From assembly GCA_965223295.1 (NCBI GenBank), contig CBDCWC010000002.1:640001-704000 (forward strand): a stretch of DNA of 64,000 nucleotides. The letters are read 5' to 3'. This stretch comes from Nitrospirales bacterium (GTDB lineage Bacteria; Nitrospirota; Nitrospiria; Nitrospirales; UBA8639). Under the pieces are notes generated by a model, which had not been told where the DNA came from, made no database searches, and saw nothing but the letters and a program-made list of their open reading frames with translations. The position numbers were made by a program, and so were the translations under genes. This document shows positions 23,402 through 32,601 of the stretch, in pieces. Position 1 is the first letter of the stretch, and each line of letters starts with the position of its first letter.

Positions 23402-24079
23402 ATGCCTCATATGGATTTAGGCCCCCTGTGGCTCACGTTACAGTTGGCGAGTGTCACGGTCATCGTCCTTCTTCTTGTAGGCACCCCTATTGCGTGGTGG
23501 CTGGCATTCACATCATCACGATTACGAACCACCGTCGAAGCTGTTGTGGCCCTTCCCATCGTTTTACCCCCTACCGTCTTGGGGTTTTATCTCCTCATCG
23601 CTCTTGGGCCACAGGGTATCATCGGCGAACCCTGGAAAGATTTCACAGGATCGGCTCTGTCTTTCACGTTTACTGGGCTCGTCATAGCTTCTACGCTCTA
23701 CTCACTCCCTTTTGTTGTGCAACCTCTCCACGGAGCCTTTGAAACTCTTGGAAAGAACTCTCTCGAAGCAGCTTGGGCGCTTGGTGCCACCAAGTTGGAT
23801 GCGTTTTTCACTGTGGCCTCCCCTATGGCTATCCGCGGATACCTCACAGCTATTGTCTTAGGATTCGCCCATACACTTGGAGAATTTGGTGTCGTACTCA
23901 TGGTAGGCGGCAATATTCCAGGACAGACCAAAGTTTTGTCGATTGCCATTTATGATCATGTGGAAGTCCTGGAATATACTCAAGCACATATGCTCTCTGC
24001 CGGACTCCTTATTTTTTCTTTTCTGGTGCTCCTGGCCGTTTATACCGTTAACAGACGGTTGCCTCTTCATGTCAGATGA
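23402..24079 (+). CDS. modB: Molybdate ABC transporter permease
   Basis: LPIVLPPTVLGFYLL, FAHTLGEFGVVLMVGGNIPG. Confidence 0.96.
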   Translation: MPHMDLGPLWLTLQLASVTVIVLLLVGTPIAWWLAFTSSRLRTTVEAVVALPIVLPPTVLGFYLLIALGPQGIIGEPWKDFTGSALSFTFTGLVIASTLYSLPFVVQPLHGAFETLGKNSLEAAWALGATKLDAFFTVASPMAIRGYLTAIVLGFAHTLGEFGVVLMVGGNIPGQTKVLSIAIYDHVEVLEYTQAHMLSAGLLIFSFLVLLAVYTVNRRLPLHVR

Positions 24080-25173
24080 GTCGATTAACCGCCAACTTTG
24101 ATCTGGCCTTTTCCACCTTTCGGCTGACGGTTAACATCGCAGTTCCCGCCAAAGGCATCATAGCAGTCTTTGGCCCATCAGGATGCGGCAAAACAACATT
24201 ATTGCGATGTCTCGCAGGTTTGGAGCATGCATCCTCAGGAACCATGACCCTAGGTGACGACACTTGGCAGGACGAAAGTCGAAACATTTTTGTTCCGCTA
24301 CCTCAACGGTCTCTTGGCTATGTCTTTCAAGAGTCTCGCCTCTTTCCTCATTTAAACGTACGAGCCAACTTACATTACGGCTGGAAGCGCATTGCAGAAG
24401 CCTCACGGCGCATCACCTTCGAGCAAGTCGTCCATGTTCTAGGCCTTGAACCACTTCTCGAACGCCGTCCTGCCTCGTTATCTGGAGGAGAGCAACAACG
24501 CGTGGCGATCGGCCGCGCCTTATTGACTAGTCCCAAACTCTTGCTCATGGATGAACCGCTTAGCTCACTTGATGCACAACGGAAACGAGAAATCCTACCC
24601 TTCATCCAACGACTGGAAACAGAATTTCACATTCCCATTGTCTACGTCAGCCATGACCTCGGTGAAATTGTCGAGCTTGCGAAAACTGTGGTGTTCTTGA
24701 AAGAAGGAAAGGTGGAAGAAATTGGACCGATTGGGGATGTCTTCTCGCAACTAAACCTACGGCATCTCGTTCAAGAGCACCATCTCGGGGCAATTGTGGA
24801 CACCACTATTGCCGCGCAAGATCAGGAATTTGGCCTCACAAAATTGGCGTTTGCCGGTGGCCATCTTCATGTTCCACGTCAACAAGGAGAGATAGGAAAG
24901 CCTCTGCGGGTACAAATTCTGGCTAAGGACGTCAGTATTGTATCGAGTCCGCTCTCGTTTCAAACCAGTGTTCTCAATCTTCTGGAAGCGACCATCGTAG
25001 AAATAGGAAAGATCAATACGGAACATCCTTTTATAGACATTAAACTTGATATCGGTTGTCCTCTACTCGCCACCATTACCCGCAAATCATTGACCAGGCT
25101 CCAGCTCAAGCCAGGCCAACGTGTCCATGCTCAAATCAAAGCTGTCGCCTTTAACTCAGAAGTCTCCAAATAA
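24076..25173 (+). CDS. modC: Molybdate ABC transporter ATP-binding protein with TOBE domain
   Basis: GPSGCGKTT, LSGGEQQRVAIGRAL, LMDEP, C-terminal SVLN...AQIKAVA. Confidence 0.95.
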   Translation: MSRLTANFDLAFSTFRLTVNIAVPAKGIIAVFGPSGCGKTTLLRCLAGLEHASSGTMTLGDDTWQDESRNIFVPLPQRSLGYVFQESRLFPHLNVRANLHYGWKRIAEASRRITFEQVVHVLGLEPLLERRPASLSGGEQQRVAIGRALLTSPKLLLMDEPLSSLDAQRKREILPFIQRLETEFHIPIVYVSHDLGEIVELAKTVVFLKEGKVEEIGPIGDVFSQLNLRHLVQEHHLGAIVDTTIAAQDQEFGLTKLAFAGGHLHVPRQQGEIGKPLRVQILAKDVSIVSSPLSFQTSVLNLLEATIVEIGKINTEHPFIDIKLDIGCPLLATITRKSLTRLQLKPGQRVHAQIKAVAFNSEVSK

Positions 25174-25352
25174 TAACCATCAAAAATTCCATTTCGTAAC
25201 CTATTTTTGGCAATAATTTTCTTGTCGCTCCTCCGCCACTTCTCAGTACACCGCAATTGCTGTCTATTTTTGAATATTTAGACTTTACGGTTTTCAGCCG
25301 AAACACACTCTAAGTTCACACTAACTCTTTCTATCAAAGTTAGCGCGGAGGA

Positions 25353-25898
25353 CCACGCGGCGTGAGCCTGTGGGTGAAAGCGCTCCCCGCTGGAAGCGGG
25401 GGGCTCCTTGCCACATGAGGGATTTTTGATGATTATGGCGCATGGAAGTTCGCCTCAGTGGCCATGGGGCCTATCAGCACCACTATCATGTGGTGTGGGT
25501 TCCCAAGTATCGTCGGCGCATTTTGCGGGGGACAATCAAACTCTTTGTCCAGGAGCAATTACCTCAGATTCAACCTTTTCATCCTGAGGTAGAGGTCCAG
25601 CAATGGAGTGTGCAGATTGACCATATTCACATGGTGGTGGTGATCCCTCCGAAATATGCAGTCTCGAGTATTGTGGGCAAGATGAAAGCCAATTTGAGTC
25701 GACAACTGGGACTTCGATATCCCGAACTGAAGCGGACGTACTGGGGAGCAGTGTTGTGGTCTCCGGGATTTTTCTCTTCGACGGTGGGGTTGAATGAGGC
25801 AGTAATCCGGCGGTACGTGGAGCATCAAGAACGAGTGGACAAAGGGCAGCTTCAACTTGAATTTGAATTTTAAGTGCCACGCGGCGTAAGCCCGTGGG
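25353..25898 (+). mobile_element. IS200/IS605-family element, TnpA only
   Basis: Near-identical subterminal hairpins CCACG(C)GGC-GTRA-GCCYGTGG at 25353-25374 and 25877-25898 bracket tnpA; exact ends not determined. Confidence 0.85.
25442..25873 (+). CDS. tnpA: IS200/IS605 Y1 (HUH) transposase
   Basis: YHVVWVPKYRR, DHIH (HUH), LWSPGFF, IRRYVEHQ (catalytic Tyr). Confidence 0.93.
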   Translation: MEVRLSGHGAYQHHYHVVWVPKYRRRILRGTIKLFVQEQLPQIQPFHPEVEVQQWSVQIDHIHMVVVIPPKYAVSSIVGKMKANLSRQLGLRYPELKRTYWGAVLWSPGFFSSTVGLNEAVIRRYVEHQERVDKGQLQLEFEF

Positions 25899-25926
25899 TA
25901 TCTACGAGCAATACTAAAATCTTTCA

Positions 25927-26312
25927 ATGTATATTCGCTTCGTCATTCAAACAAAAGACAATGGCTCGGCCGCAGGCAAGGACCATTTCAAGCCTTCGCA
26001 GAACTAAAACAGGCTGACATCCTAAAAGAAAAGGATCTATGCAAATACAAGGAAATCTACAATTGGTTCAGGAATAACCTCAAAGCACCATGTAGGTTTT
26101 CACGCTCCGCTAAACCTCATGCCAAAAATGTTGCAATCAGTTGGTTTAAAGATATGGCCAATGAACATATAGCTAAAATGCACAGTCTTCGACAAATCCT
26201 TGAAGATTATGGAATTTCTGTTGAGATAATTAGAACAAATCGACCAGGATATATTGTTTATGAGGACAGATATCAAATAGCAGCGGAGCCCTTCAATGAT
26301 ACCCCTACATAA
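25927..26312 (+). pseudogene. Frameshifted hypothetical gene (~128 aa if repaired)
   Basis: ATG 25927 MYIRFVIQTKDNG, then after a one-base shift an open frame GRRQGPFQAFAELK...AISWFKD...RPGYIVYEDRYQIAAEPFNDTPT* to TAA 26312; span is 386 nt (3n+2). Confidence 0.6.
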
Positions 26313-26460
26313 TTAAATACAAACTCTTTGCCAAAAGATTAAGAGCTCAAATCGCTCGTCCTCTCCCGTCACACTTCGACGCCTACTGATTTGCCGTTGA
26401 TTCGGATGCTTTTATCATACGACTGACCTTGTATGAGTGAAGGAATTACTCCTCCAGTCG

Positions 26461-26537
26461 TTAGGGGTCAGACTCGAAATGAAATTTACCTATACAGGCC
26501 CGAATATGATGAAAATTTATTCGAGTCTGACCCCTAA
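26461..26537. repeat. REP-like element: perfect 18 bp inverted repeat with 41 bp spacer
   Basis: ttaggggtcagactcgaa (26461-26478) ... ttcgagtctgacccctaa (26520-26537). Confidence 0.8.
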
Positions 26538-26552
26538 TACAAACAGCCTCTG

Positions 26553-27758
26553 TTACCATTCGAGGGTTTTTCCGATGTCGGCAAGATTATATCCTCCAAG
26601 CGCCTCAACCTCTCGTCGAAAAGGTTTGCTCACAACCGCATCTAAAAACGTCGAGGCCATGGGATGTCGATTGAGAAAGTCTGTGTGCATGATTAAGTCA
26701 TACTGTTCTTCTCGAAGCGGAATAAAGCCCAACCCAAAATAGCGGGCAGCTGATTCAACACCAATACCTACATCCGCTCGTCCATCCCGCATATAACGAG
26801 CGACCTCTATATGAGACGTCACTTCATTCTGATAACCTGTAAGTTTTTCTGCCGTGATTCCTGCTTCTTCGAGTAGCGCATCTAAGAAAAATCTTGCACC
26901 GGCTCCCACCTCACGATTCACAAGACGGATGCCTGGCTTCACCAAATCTTGAATGGTCTTGATCTGTTTAGGATTGCCGGATTGAATGAGCAACCCCTGC
27001 ACCCACGATGCAAAATGCACCCCAACAAAACTCCGGTTGCGTGCATGGCGCTTCAAATAGGGGACATTACTTTGGCCTGATTTTTTATCCACAAGATGTA
27101 AGCCAGCCATATGCACTTCTCCACGTTGAAGTGCCTGAAGGGCATTGGCGCTCCCCAGAGTCCAATTCGTGACGCTTGAAAGAGCATGAATCTTTCTCAC
27201 GTGTTCTCTCGCCAAAAAAAGTGCGGGGTCACACCCGGCAATCACAAGATTTTTTTCTATCGTTTCTGGGGTATGTAGTAACTTTACAGCCACATGTGCA
27301 TTCTTTGTTCGAGAACCGCGCGAAGAATCCTCGACAATCACTCCATCCGCGGGCATCACAAAATTTAACGTATCTCCAAGATTGGCCATGGGTCTAGCCA
27401 AGACTCGCTCTCCGACTTTTGCCAAATTTACCCGCATGGAATGGTTCTGAGTCGATCGCGATCCAATGAGTTCTGCCTGAATAATGGTTTCTTCTTCTTG
27501 CAAGCTAAACAGATCTTCCACGCGGCAATTTAAAACTTTTGCTAACTGTAGAGAAATTTGTGTGCTGGGCAAATATTGATTGCCCTCAATCGCATAGACC
27601 GCTTGCCGAGTGATTCCAGCTTGTTTAGCTAAAGTCGCTTGAGACAACCCCTGAATTTTCCGTCTTTCCGCTAATCGATTCGTAAACAGTTCTTCCTGAT
27701 GTACGGCGTCGGAAGACGGAAGGCCCTTCTTGGGTGATGACGAGTTTCGCATACGCAT
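26553..27758 (-). CDS. XRE-type HTH regulator fused to a PBP-superfamily (molybdate-binding-like) domain
   Basis: LSQATLAKQAGITRQAVYAIEGNQYLPS HTH; AGCDPAL, GEVHMAGLHL, NREVGAGAR, ADVGIG, FIPLREEQYDL. Confidence 0.85.
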   Translation of the reverse strand: MRMRNSSSPKKGLPSSDAVHQEELFTNRLAERRKIQGLSQATLAKQAGITRQAVYAIEGNQYLPSTQISLQLAKVLNCRVEDLFSLQEEETIIQAELIGSRSTQNHSMRVNLAKVGERVLARPMANLGDTLNFVMPADGVIVEDSSRGSRTKNAHVAVKLLHTPETIEKNLVIAGCDPALFLAREHVRKIHALSSVTNWTLGSANALQALQRGEVHMAGLHLVDKKSGQSNVPYLKRHARNRSFVGVHFASWVQGLLIQSGNPKQIKTIQDLVKPGIRLVNREVGAGARFFLDALLEEAGITAEKLTGYQNEVTSHIEVARYMRDGRADVGIGVESAARYFGLGFIPLREEQYDLIMHTDFLNRHPMASTFLDAVVSKPFRREVEALGGYNLADIGKTLEW

Positions 27759-28084
27759 GCTACTAATTAGAGTCGAAAATGCATAAAATTTCCAGTAAAA
27801 TTGCTGCTTTTCTTATTCCAGTCTTTCCTTGACTGACTATTTTCAAGCAGGTAAGGTTATGGTAATTGATTTAGACGTGAGTCGTCTCCCCCTCCATAAG
27901 TTTCTTTGCTGTTCCCTCCAAGACGAGATCGTGACTACTGGGAGAAATGGCTGTTATTGAGGACAGCTGATTTCTCATCATTCTATGTTCGCTTTTCAGA
28001 AGCCACTACCTGAAAATATGCGTAGCTCTCTACCTCTTTCTTTATTTATACTCCGACCAATTTGCAAAAAGGAGCACTCTTATT

Positions 28085-29131
28085 ATGCTTAGTCGTTTTT
28101 GTGTATTCGTTCTCTTATTTAGTGGCTTCACGACAACCGTCGTTATGGCACATGACCAAGAATCTCATGGCTCACCAAAAATCCCTACCTTAAATAAGCC
28201 CTTGACGTCCATAACTCTTCAACCTAATTCCGTCACTGTCACATTTGGTCCCATCGACCTCCCAGTTCACCATAGCGGAGATTTAGCGGCAAGTATGCCA
28301 AAACATTTTTTCAAGCTTCCTGAAGATCGCTACATGACGGGGTATTCAACTGAAGTCTTTACAAAAGAAGGGAAAACACTACCGCAAGAATACCTCCACC
28401 ATATTTTGCTGTTAGATACAAATCAGGATAGTATTTCCTGTCCTGGGGAACCGTTATTTTTTGCCGGTGCAGGAATGGAAATGCGAGAAACCCGATTTCC
28501 AACTGGTTACGGAGTCAAACTCGATCATACACACAAACTTATGGCCCTTGTCGCCTTTTACCATAAGGCGGCTCCCACAAAAGACGCTATGGCTCGGTTT
28601 ACCATTTATACGGCACCCAAGGGAGAGCAGATGCACCCCATGGAAGTGTATCAAGTTGGAGTCAATGTCGTGTGTTACAGCAAATTTGATCAACGGCCAG
28701 CCAATCAATCTGATGAAGGTATTGCCATTGAACCTGGCGTGCACGTCATGACAGAGCCACTCAAGTTTTTAGTGGATGGATGCGTGAAATATGCCTATCC
28801 CCATGGACATAATGGAGCATTGCTGATTGCGCTGGAAAATCGCACTCGCCAACAAACTTTATTGCGGACAGTGCCAGATGTTCTGGCTGATGGGACACTT
28901 TTGGGCTTTCCAGACCGCCAAGTCTATTCTGATCCGATCGGTTTTCCTGTCACAACGGCTGAAGAATATGAAATGGTGCTGGTCCATCATCGCCCCTTAG
29001 AACAACAGGGAGATATTCGGGGAATGGGCAATTATTTACTCTATATGACACGGGAAGCCTGTCCCACACCAGAAGCAAGCGACTCTGTGGCTGCAGCCAC
29101 AGAGCACCCTAAACAGTCTGAGATTCGATAG
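28085..29131 (+). CDS. Secreted protein resembling copper type II (PHM/DBM-like) monooxygenases
   Basis: Signal peptide; YLHHILL, FPTGYGVKL, YPHGH, RGMGNYLLY; good RBS AAGGAG. Confidence 0.65.
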   Translation: MLSRFCVFVLLFSGFTTTVVMAHDQESHGSPKIPTLNKPLTSITLQPNSVTVTFGPIDLPVHHSGDLAASMPKHFFKLPEDRYMTGYSTEVFTKEGKTLPQEYLHHILLLDTNQDSISCPGEPLFFAGAGMEMRETRFPTGYGVKLDHTHKLMALVAFYHKAAPTKDAMARFTIYTAPKGEQMHPMEVYQVGVNVVCYSKFDQRPANQSDEGIAIEPGVHVMTEPLKFLVDGCVKYAYPHGHNGALLIALENRTRQQTLLRTVPDVLADGTLLGFPDRQVYSDPIGFPVTTAEEYEMVLVHHRPLEQQGDIRGMGNYLLYMTREACPTPEASDSVAAATEHPKQSEIR

Positions 29132-29183
29132 TATTTCATGAGGCAGCTGGGCCTCATGTTCTGAGACCTCATTTTTACAGGAT

Positions 29184-29373
29184 GGACCTGTTGAATCATA
29201 CAATTTCAAGTGACGAAAAGGCTTTCAGAGCTATGGGGACTTTAATTCGATGGGAATGGTCAAAAAAGTCCGTCCAGCAAGGCCGAAGCCATTTTTGTGC
29301 GCAGAGGGTACGGGTACTACCTGAGCGCAGAAAAAAGGCGAGAACACCGCTGGCGGCTTTTTTCAACATTCCC
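29184..29373 (-). repeat. MITE-like repeat copy B (opposite orientation; core 29252-29373, tail 29184-29251)
   Basis: gggaatggtcaaaaaag...cttttttcaacattccc; reverse complement aligns with copies C, E, G. Confidence 0.85.
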
Positions 29374-29380
29374 AGGATTG

Positions 29381-30064
29381 TTACATTTTGATCATTGACA
29401 ACTGAGAAAGGTCTAATACGATTTCTCCACTTCGCTCATCGCCAAAGACCGCATCAAACAGGTTTTCTGTTTCCGCCAGCACAAAATCGTGCTCTTCTAC
29501 TTCATAAAAAATATCAACTCCTAAGGGCCCCAACGAAAAGAGTGGAAAACGGCGGTCATAAATGAGCCCTGCGGGGGGAATTCCATACACAGCCCGGTAG
29601 TTGCTGAGAATAATATGCAACCGTCCTTCCGTGACGTAAAGCCCTCCTGACGTCACTTCTCGTGTCGTGGCATTCACAGGGTGGCTCAGATAAAACGTGA
29701 CAAGCTCCTGAGGAACCGCCAACTCTAAACCTTCCAGTAGGCGAGGAAGTAACAGGTTCACTTCTTCTTGCCGAAAAACCGGCTCCATCTCGGCCGCTCC
29801 AAGAATCCATTGAATGAACTCCGCACGATGCTCTCGCACACGGAGACCTTGCAGGGCCTGATGAATTTGGCGACGGGATAGAGAAATGGGATGAGCGTTC
29901 CAGGTTGCGGGCTCATCTACCTCAGCCCAGGGGGATGTTTCTAAACGTACAAAAGCTGTCGGATTTTCATAGACTACATAAGAATAGAGGGGCGGAGCTG
30001 TACATCCATAAAATATTCCGGCCAACAACAATGCGAAAACATCATTCCCCCATTGTTTAGGCAT
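29381..30064 (-). CDS. Hypothetical lipoprotein
   Basis: Lipobox-like IFYGC; overlaps end of the cyclophilin gene. Confidence 0.7.
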   Translation of the reverse strand: MPKQWGNDVFALLLAGIFYGCTAPPLYSYVVYENPTAFVRLETSPWAEVDEPATWNAHPISLSRRQIHQALQGLRVREHRAEFIQWILGAAEMEPVFRQEEVNLLLPRLLEGLELAVPQELVTFYLSHPVNATTREVTSGGLYVTEGRLHIILSNYRAVYGIPPAGLIYDRRFPLFSLGPLGVDIFYEVEEHDFVLAETENLFDAVFGDERSGEIVLDLSQLSMIKM

Positions 30065-30581
30065 TGGTTTCGGTAACGGTCATCTTCATCTCAATGCGCT
30101 GAAGGGGATTATCATTTCCATCACGCTCAACATTCACGATGCGGTCAACAACCTCCAGCCCGCTAACCACCTCCCCAAAAGCCGTGTATTGCCCATCCAA
30201 AAAATTCGCATCGGCCACACAGATGAAAAACTGAGAGCCAGCGCTATTAGGATCTTGTGCCCGTGCCATGGATAGGATTCCCCGCTTATGAGGCGTTTGA
30301 TTAAACTCGGCCTTCAACCGGTGCCCAGGTCCACCTGTCCCATGACGAGACCGATCAGCATCCTTACTATTGGGATCGCCTCCCTGAATCATAAACCCGG
30401 GAATCACACGATGAAATGTGGTGCCATCGTAAAATTTATCTTTGGCTAAAGTCACCAAATTGTTCACATGATTGGGAGCCCGATCAGGATATAACTTCAA
30501 TTGAATATCTCCCCAAGACGTTCCCTCTACGTCAATGTCAATCTTAACTCGCGTTTGCTCAGTCACAACAACATCACTCAT
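30057..30581 (-). CDS. Cyclophilin-type peptidyl-prolyl cis-trans isomerase
   Basis: FYDGTTFHRVIPGFMIQGGDP, LSMAR, SAGSQFFI, LDGQYTAFGEV. Confidence 0.95.
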   Translation of the reverse strand: MSDVVVTEQTRVKIDIDVEGTSWGDIQLKLYPDRAPNHVNNLVTLAKDKFYDGTTFHRVIPGFMIQGGDPNSKDADRSRHGTGGPGHRLKAEFNQTPHKRGILSMARAQDPNSAGSQFFICVADANFLDGQYTAFGEVVSGLEVVDRIVNVERDGNDNPLQRIEMKMTVTETNA

Positions 30582-30619
30582 CTTGAATCTTGGTCCTTTC
30601 TGTTCACGTAATAGATTCG

Positions 30620-31729
30620 TTAATCGTACGGTCCCTTCGGACTCATTTGCAGACCAAAGCCCTGACTAATATTTGTCCAATGTTCACCTCCATCATCACT
30701 CCGGAAGGCTCCGCTGTTGGTTCCCACATACCAATCACCCGAATTCGCGATAGTCAAAGTTTGAATGGCCAAGCGCGTCAGCCCATCATTCATGGGACGC
30801 CATTGTTGCTGATCATGAATCCATCGAAAAATTCCTTTCCCCGTGGCCACCACGACATCTTTTTCGATCGGCACAATTCCTCTAATCGAGTCATTTGGAA
30901 GGCTTCGACTCAACGGCGCCCATGTCGCACCACGATCCACACTCCGAAACACTCCGCCATCTTGGGTGCCTAAATAAATATGTTGTGCCTGATTGATGGC
31001 AATCACACGAAGATAGCGATGCGGCAATCGTTCCCGAGGATCAATAAACACGGATCGGGAATCGACCCACTTGGATACCCCTGTTTCCTGGAGTTGAACA
31101 TGATGCAAGCCCTTCCCAGACGTGGCGGCAAAAAGGCGTCCGTCATCCATGATAGCTAACCCCGGAACCAGCACCCGATCTAAACCGGTTCCGGTTTTAT
31201 GCCACCTTTGGTTGGCTTCCGACCATTCAAAAACTCCCTCGCCAGTTCCAGCATAAACACGATGATCATGAACGAGAAAAGATTTGACTTCAGTATCTTC
31301 TAAGCCCCTGCTAATGGACTCCCATTTTACTCCCTTCAAAGAGAGACGGTAAACTCCACCACGCATAGTTCCCGCGTATACATGCTTCCCCGGTGTCACG
31401 GCAAGACACAGCAGAAAGGGGTCTGTCAGTCCGCGATTGAGCCCTTCCCATGATGCGCCTCTATCTGCACTCCGAAACAATCCCATACCAAATGAACCAG
31501 CATAGAGCATGCCATCCGGCGTCACCACCAATGTTTGAATACTTGGAGCGGCCCCCTCCCAGGGACCATCAGAATCACCTGAATGCGCTAGAGGCAAATT
31601 CGAAACAGGGTACCAGGAAGAAAAAAGAGGGGGAGCTTCGGCAAAGGTTGTGACTGTCGGCAACAGCACTAGGAGACTTACACGGCAAAGCACCCAGAAT
31701 ATAGATATAACATGTCGTTGAAATTTCAT
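30620..31729 (-). CDS. Exported BNR/Asp-box beta-propeller protein
   Basis: Repeated G.FRS.D.G..W motifs (RSADRGASW, RSVDRGATW, RSDDGGEHW); signal peptide after MKFQRH; start uncertain. Confidence 0.8.
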   Translation of the reverse strand: MKFQRHVISIFWVLCRVSLLVLLPTVTTFAEAPPLFSSWYPVSNLPLAHSGDSDGPWEGAAPSIQTLVVTPDGMLYAGSFGMGLFRSADRGASWEGLNRGLTDPFLLCLAVTPGKHVYAGTMRGGVYRLSLKGVKWESISRGLEDTEVKSFLVHDHRVYAGTGEGVFEWSEANQRWHKTGTGLDRVLVPGLAIMDDGRLFAATSGKGLHHVQLQETGVSKWVDSRSVFIDPRERLPHRYLRVIAINQAQHIYLGTQDGGVFRSVDRGATWAPLSRSLPNDSIRGIVPIEKDVVVATGKGIFRWIHDQQQWRPMNDGLTRLAIQTLTIANSGDWYVGTNSGAFRSDDGGEHWTNISQGFGLQMSPKGPYD

Positions 31730-31754
31730 GAACGCCTTATCCAGCCCCTGCATG

Positions 31755-32558
31755 TTATAAGATTTCTGATTTCTCTCCCGATACGGATTCTGAATCTTCA
31801 CTATTTTGGTCTTTGGCCACAGGCTTGGGCACACGACCAAAATATTTCGCCCCCCAAATTCCGATTTCGTACAGCACAATTAAGGGTATAGCCATCAATA
31901 ACATCGTAAATAAGGTCGCGTCCGGCGTCACTACCGCTGACAGGATCAACGCCACCATGGCCGCATGTTTACGATATTGCATTAACATTGATGCCTGCAC
32001 AAAGCCCACACGCGCCAAGAGAGAAAGGACTAATGGAATTTCAAAGGCAAAGCCAAAGGCCAAGAGAAATTTGACATTGAAATCAACATAGGTCCCCACC
32101 GCCAATTCAGGAGTAATCGCTCGGTCCATCCCAAAAGTGACAAAGAAGTTGATGACGAGCGGCAAGATAATCAAGTTACAAAACACCAGCCCTAAGAGAA
32201 AAAATCCTAGCCCCAGAAAAAACAGTGGAACAGCCCACTTCTGCTCTTTCTGGAGCAAGGATGGCTCAATAAACTTCCAAAATTGATAGAGAATCATGGG
32301 CACACTCACAACCACAGCCGCTAAAAAAGAAATTTTAATAGAAGCGAATAGGGCCTCGGCAGGTGCGTAAAAAATTAAATCGTCTTCGAATGGCCGCTTA
32401 AACCATTCGATCAACAAGGATGAGTAGGAAAAGGCCACGACAAAAAACACCATGATCGTGGCCCCCACGATAATAAGCCGACGCTTGATCTCTTTGATAT
32501 GGCGCTGGAGGGGGTGCACCACCATATTCATGGCCATAGTTGGAGAAAAAGCAGCCAT
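31755..32558 (-). CDS. tatC: Twin-arginine translocase subunit TatC
   Basis: HIKEIKRRL, YQFWKFIEPSL, GFAFEIP, AVVTPD, LYEIG. Confidence 0.93.
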   Translation of the reverse strand: MAAFSPTMAMNMVVHPLQRHIKEIKRRLIIVGATIMVFFVVAFSYSSLLIEWFKRPFEDDLIFYAPAEALFASIKISFLAAVVVSVPMILYQFWKFIEPSLLQKEQKWAVPLFFLGLGFFLLGLVFCNLIILPLVINFFVTFGMDRAITPELAVGTYVDFNVKFLLAFGFAFEIPLVLSLLARVGFVQASMLMQYRKHAAMVALILSAVVTPDATLFTMLLMAIPLIVLYEIGIWGAKYFGRVPKPVAKDQNSEDSESVSGEKSEIL

Positions 32559-32601
32559 TATTCAGATACAAACCAGTGACGTGAGCAATGACAAAAGGTC
32601 G

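Noticed and set aside
25874-26460. TnpB/IscB or omega-RNA associated with the IS200 tnpA
   Set aside because: The right-end hairpin follows the tnpA stop immediately; the downstream frame has no RuvC or zinc-finger motifs.
21069-29380. Genomic island integrated at tRNA-Phe
   Set aside because: No integrase and no duplicated tRNA 3' end seen downstream.
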